DNA of 64,000 nucleotides from NCBI RefSeq assembly GCF_988242995.1, contig NZ_OZ547043.1; one strand, 5' to 3'. Shown piece by piece: positions 62,884 to 64,000 of this stretch (position 1 is its first letter; each line of letters starts with the position of its first letter). The notes under the pieces were generated by a model. It saw only the letters and a program-made list of their open reading frames with translations, ran no database searches and was not told where the DNA came from. The position numbers and the translations under genes were made by a program.

Positions 62884-64000
62884 ATGGACTCCACGCTCAT
62901 CTCCACTCGTCCCGATGAAGGGACGCTTTCGTTAAGTCGCGCCCGACGAGCTGCGTTAGGCAGTTTCGCTGGTGCCGTCGTCGACTGGTATGATTTTTTA
63001 CTCTATGGCATTACCGCCGCACTGGTGTTTAATCGCGAGTTTTTTCCGCAAGTAAGCCCGGCGATGGGAACGCTCGCCGCATTTGCCACCTTTGGCGTCG
63101 GATTCCTTTTCCGTCCGCTCGGCGGTGTCATTTTCGGTCACTTTGGCGACCGACTGGGACGTAAGCGCATGTTAATGCTGACCGTCTGGATGATGGGCAT
63201 CGCGACAGCCTTGATTGGTATTCTTCCTTCCTTCTCGACCATTGGGTGGTGGGCACCTATTTTACTGGTGACGCTGCGTGCCATTCAGGGATTTGCCGTC
63301 GGCGGCGAATGGGGAGGCGCGGCGTTGCTTTCCGTTGAAAGTGCACCGAAAAATAAAAAAGCCTTTTACAGTAGCGGTGTACAAGTTGGCTACGGTGTAG
63401 GTTTACTGCTTTCAACCGGACTGGTTTCATTGATCAGTATGATGACGACTGACGAACAGTTTTTAAGCTGGGGCTGGCGCATTCCTTTCCTGTTTAGCAT
63501 CGTACTGGTACTGGGAGCATTGTGGGTGCGCAATGGCATGGAGGAGTCCGCGGAATTTGAACAACAGCAACATTATCAAGCTGCCGCGAAAAAACGCATC
63601 CCGGTTATCGAAGCGCTGTTACGACATCCCGGTGCTTTCCTGAAGATTATTGCGCTACGACTGTGCGAATTGCTGACGATGTACATCGTTACTGCCTTCG
63701 CACTTAATTATTCAACCCAGAATATGGGGTTACCGCGCGAACTTTTCCTCAATATTGGTTTGCTGGTAGGTGGATTAAGCTGCCTGACAATTCCCTGTTT
63801 TGCCTGGCTTGCCGATCGTTTTGGTCGCCGCAGGGTTTATATCACAGGCGCGTTAATCGGAACGTTGAGCGCATTTCCTTTCTTTATGGCGCTTGAAGCA
63901 CAATCTATTTTCTGGATAGTTTTCTTCTCCATAATGCTGGCAAACATTGCGCATGACATGGTGGTGTGTGTGCAACAACCGATGTTTACCGAAATGTTTG
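62884..64000 (+). CDS. shiA: shikimate:H+ symporter (MFS), 5' part (gene continues beyond window end)
   Basis: Hand translation from the ATG at 62884: MDSTLISTRPDEGTLSLSRARRAALGSFAGAVVDWYDFLLYG...; absent from the ORF track because there is no stop inside the window. Confidence 0.85.
   Translation, partial: MDSTLISTRPDEGTLSLSRARRAALGSFAGAVVDWYDFLLYGITAALVFNREFFPQVSPAMGTLAAFATFGVGFLFRPLGGVIFGHFGDRLGRKRMLMLTVWMMGIATALIGILPSFSTIGWWAPILLVTLRAIQGFAVGGEWGGAALLSVESAPKNKKAFYSSGVQVGYGVGLLLSTGLVSLISMMTTDEQFLSWGWRIPFLFSIVLVLGALWVRNGMEESAEFEQQQHYQAAAKKRIPVIEALLRHPGAFLKIIALRLCELLTMYIVTAFALNYSTQNMGLPRELFLNIGLLVGGLSCLTIPCFAWLADRFGRRRVYITGALIGTLSAFPFFMALEAQSIFWIVFFSIMLANIAHDMVVCVQQPMFTEMF

Overview
This window reads as a well-known Escherichia coli chromosomal segment, collinear with the K-12 map from araG/araF through the fliAZ–fliC–fliDST and fliE–fliR flagellar clusters to serU–mtfA–asnT–yeeL–shiA. 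Gene calls rest on recognising the translated ORFs and on hand-aligned tRNA/sRNA sequences; all K-12 comparisons are from memory, not a database search. I found no evidence of a novel multi-gene system: every ORF over about 100 aa outside known genes is antisense to, or overlaps, a recognisable gene. The most interesting content is strain-specific and mobile-element related: (1) an IS200-family element between the fliC terminator and the fliA promoter; (2) a P4-type integrase pseudogene next to tRNA-Asn, cut by an IS1 copy that has no target-site duplication and abuts the C-terminal fragment of an adhesin; (3) an apparently intact yedS-type porin and yeeL glycosyltransferase, both pseudogenes in K-12 as I recall; (4) a short yedK–fliE junction lacking the K-12 yedL–intG islet. 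Small features missing from the ORF track include the 28-aa AzuC ORF, the DsrA sRNA and a candidate RseX sRNA. No CRISPR array was seen.
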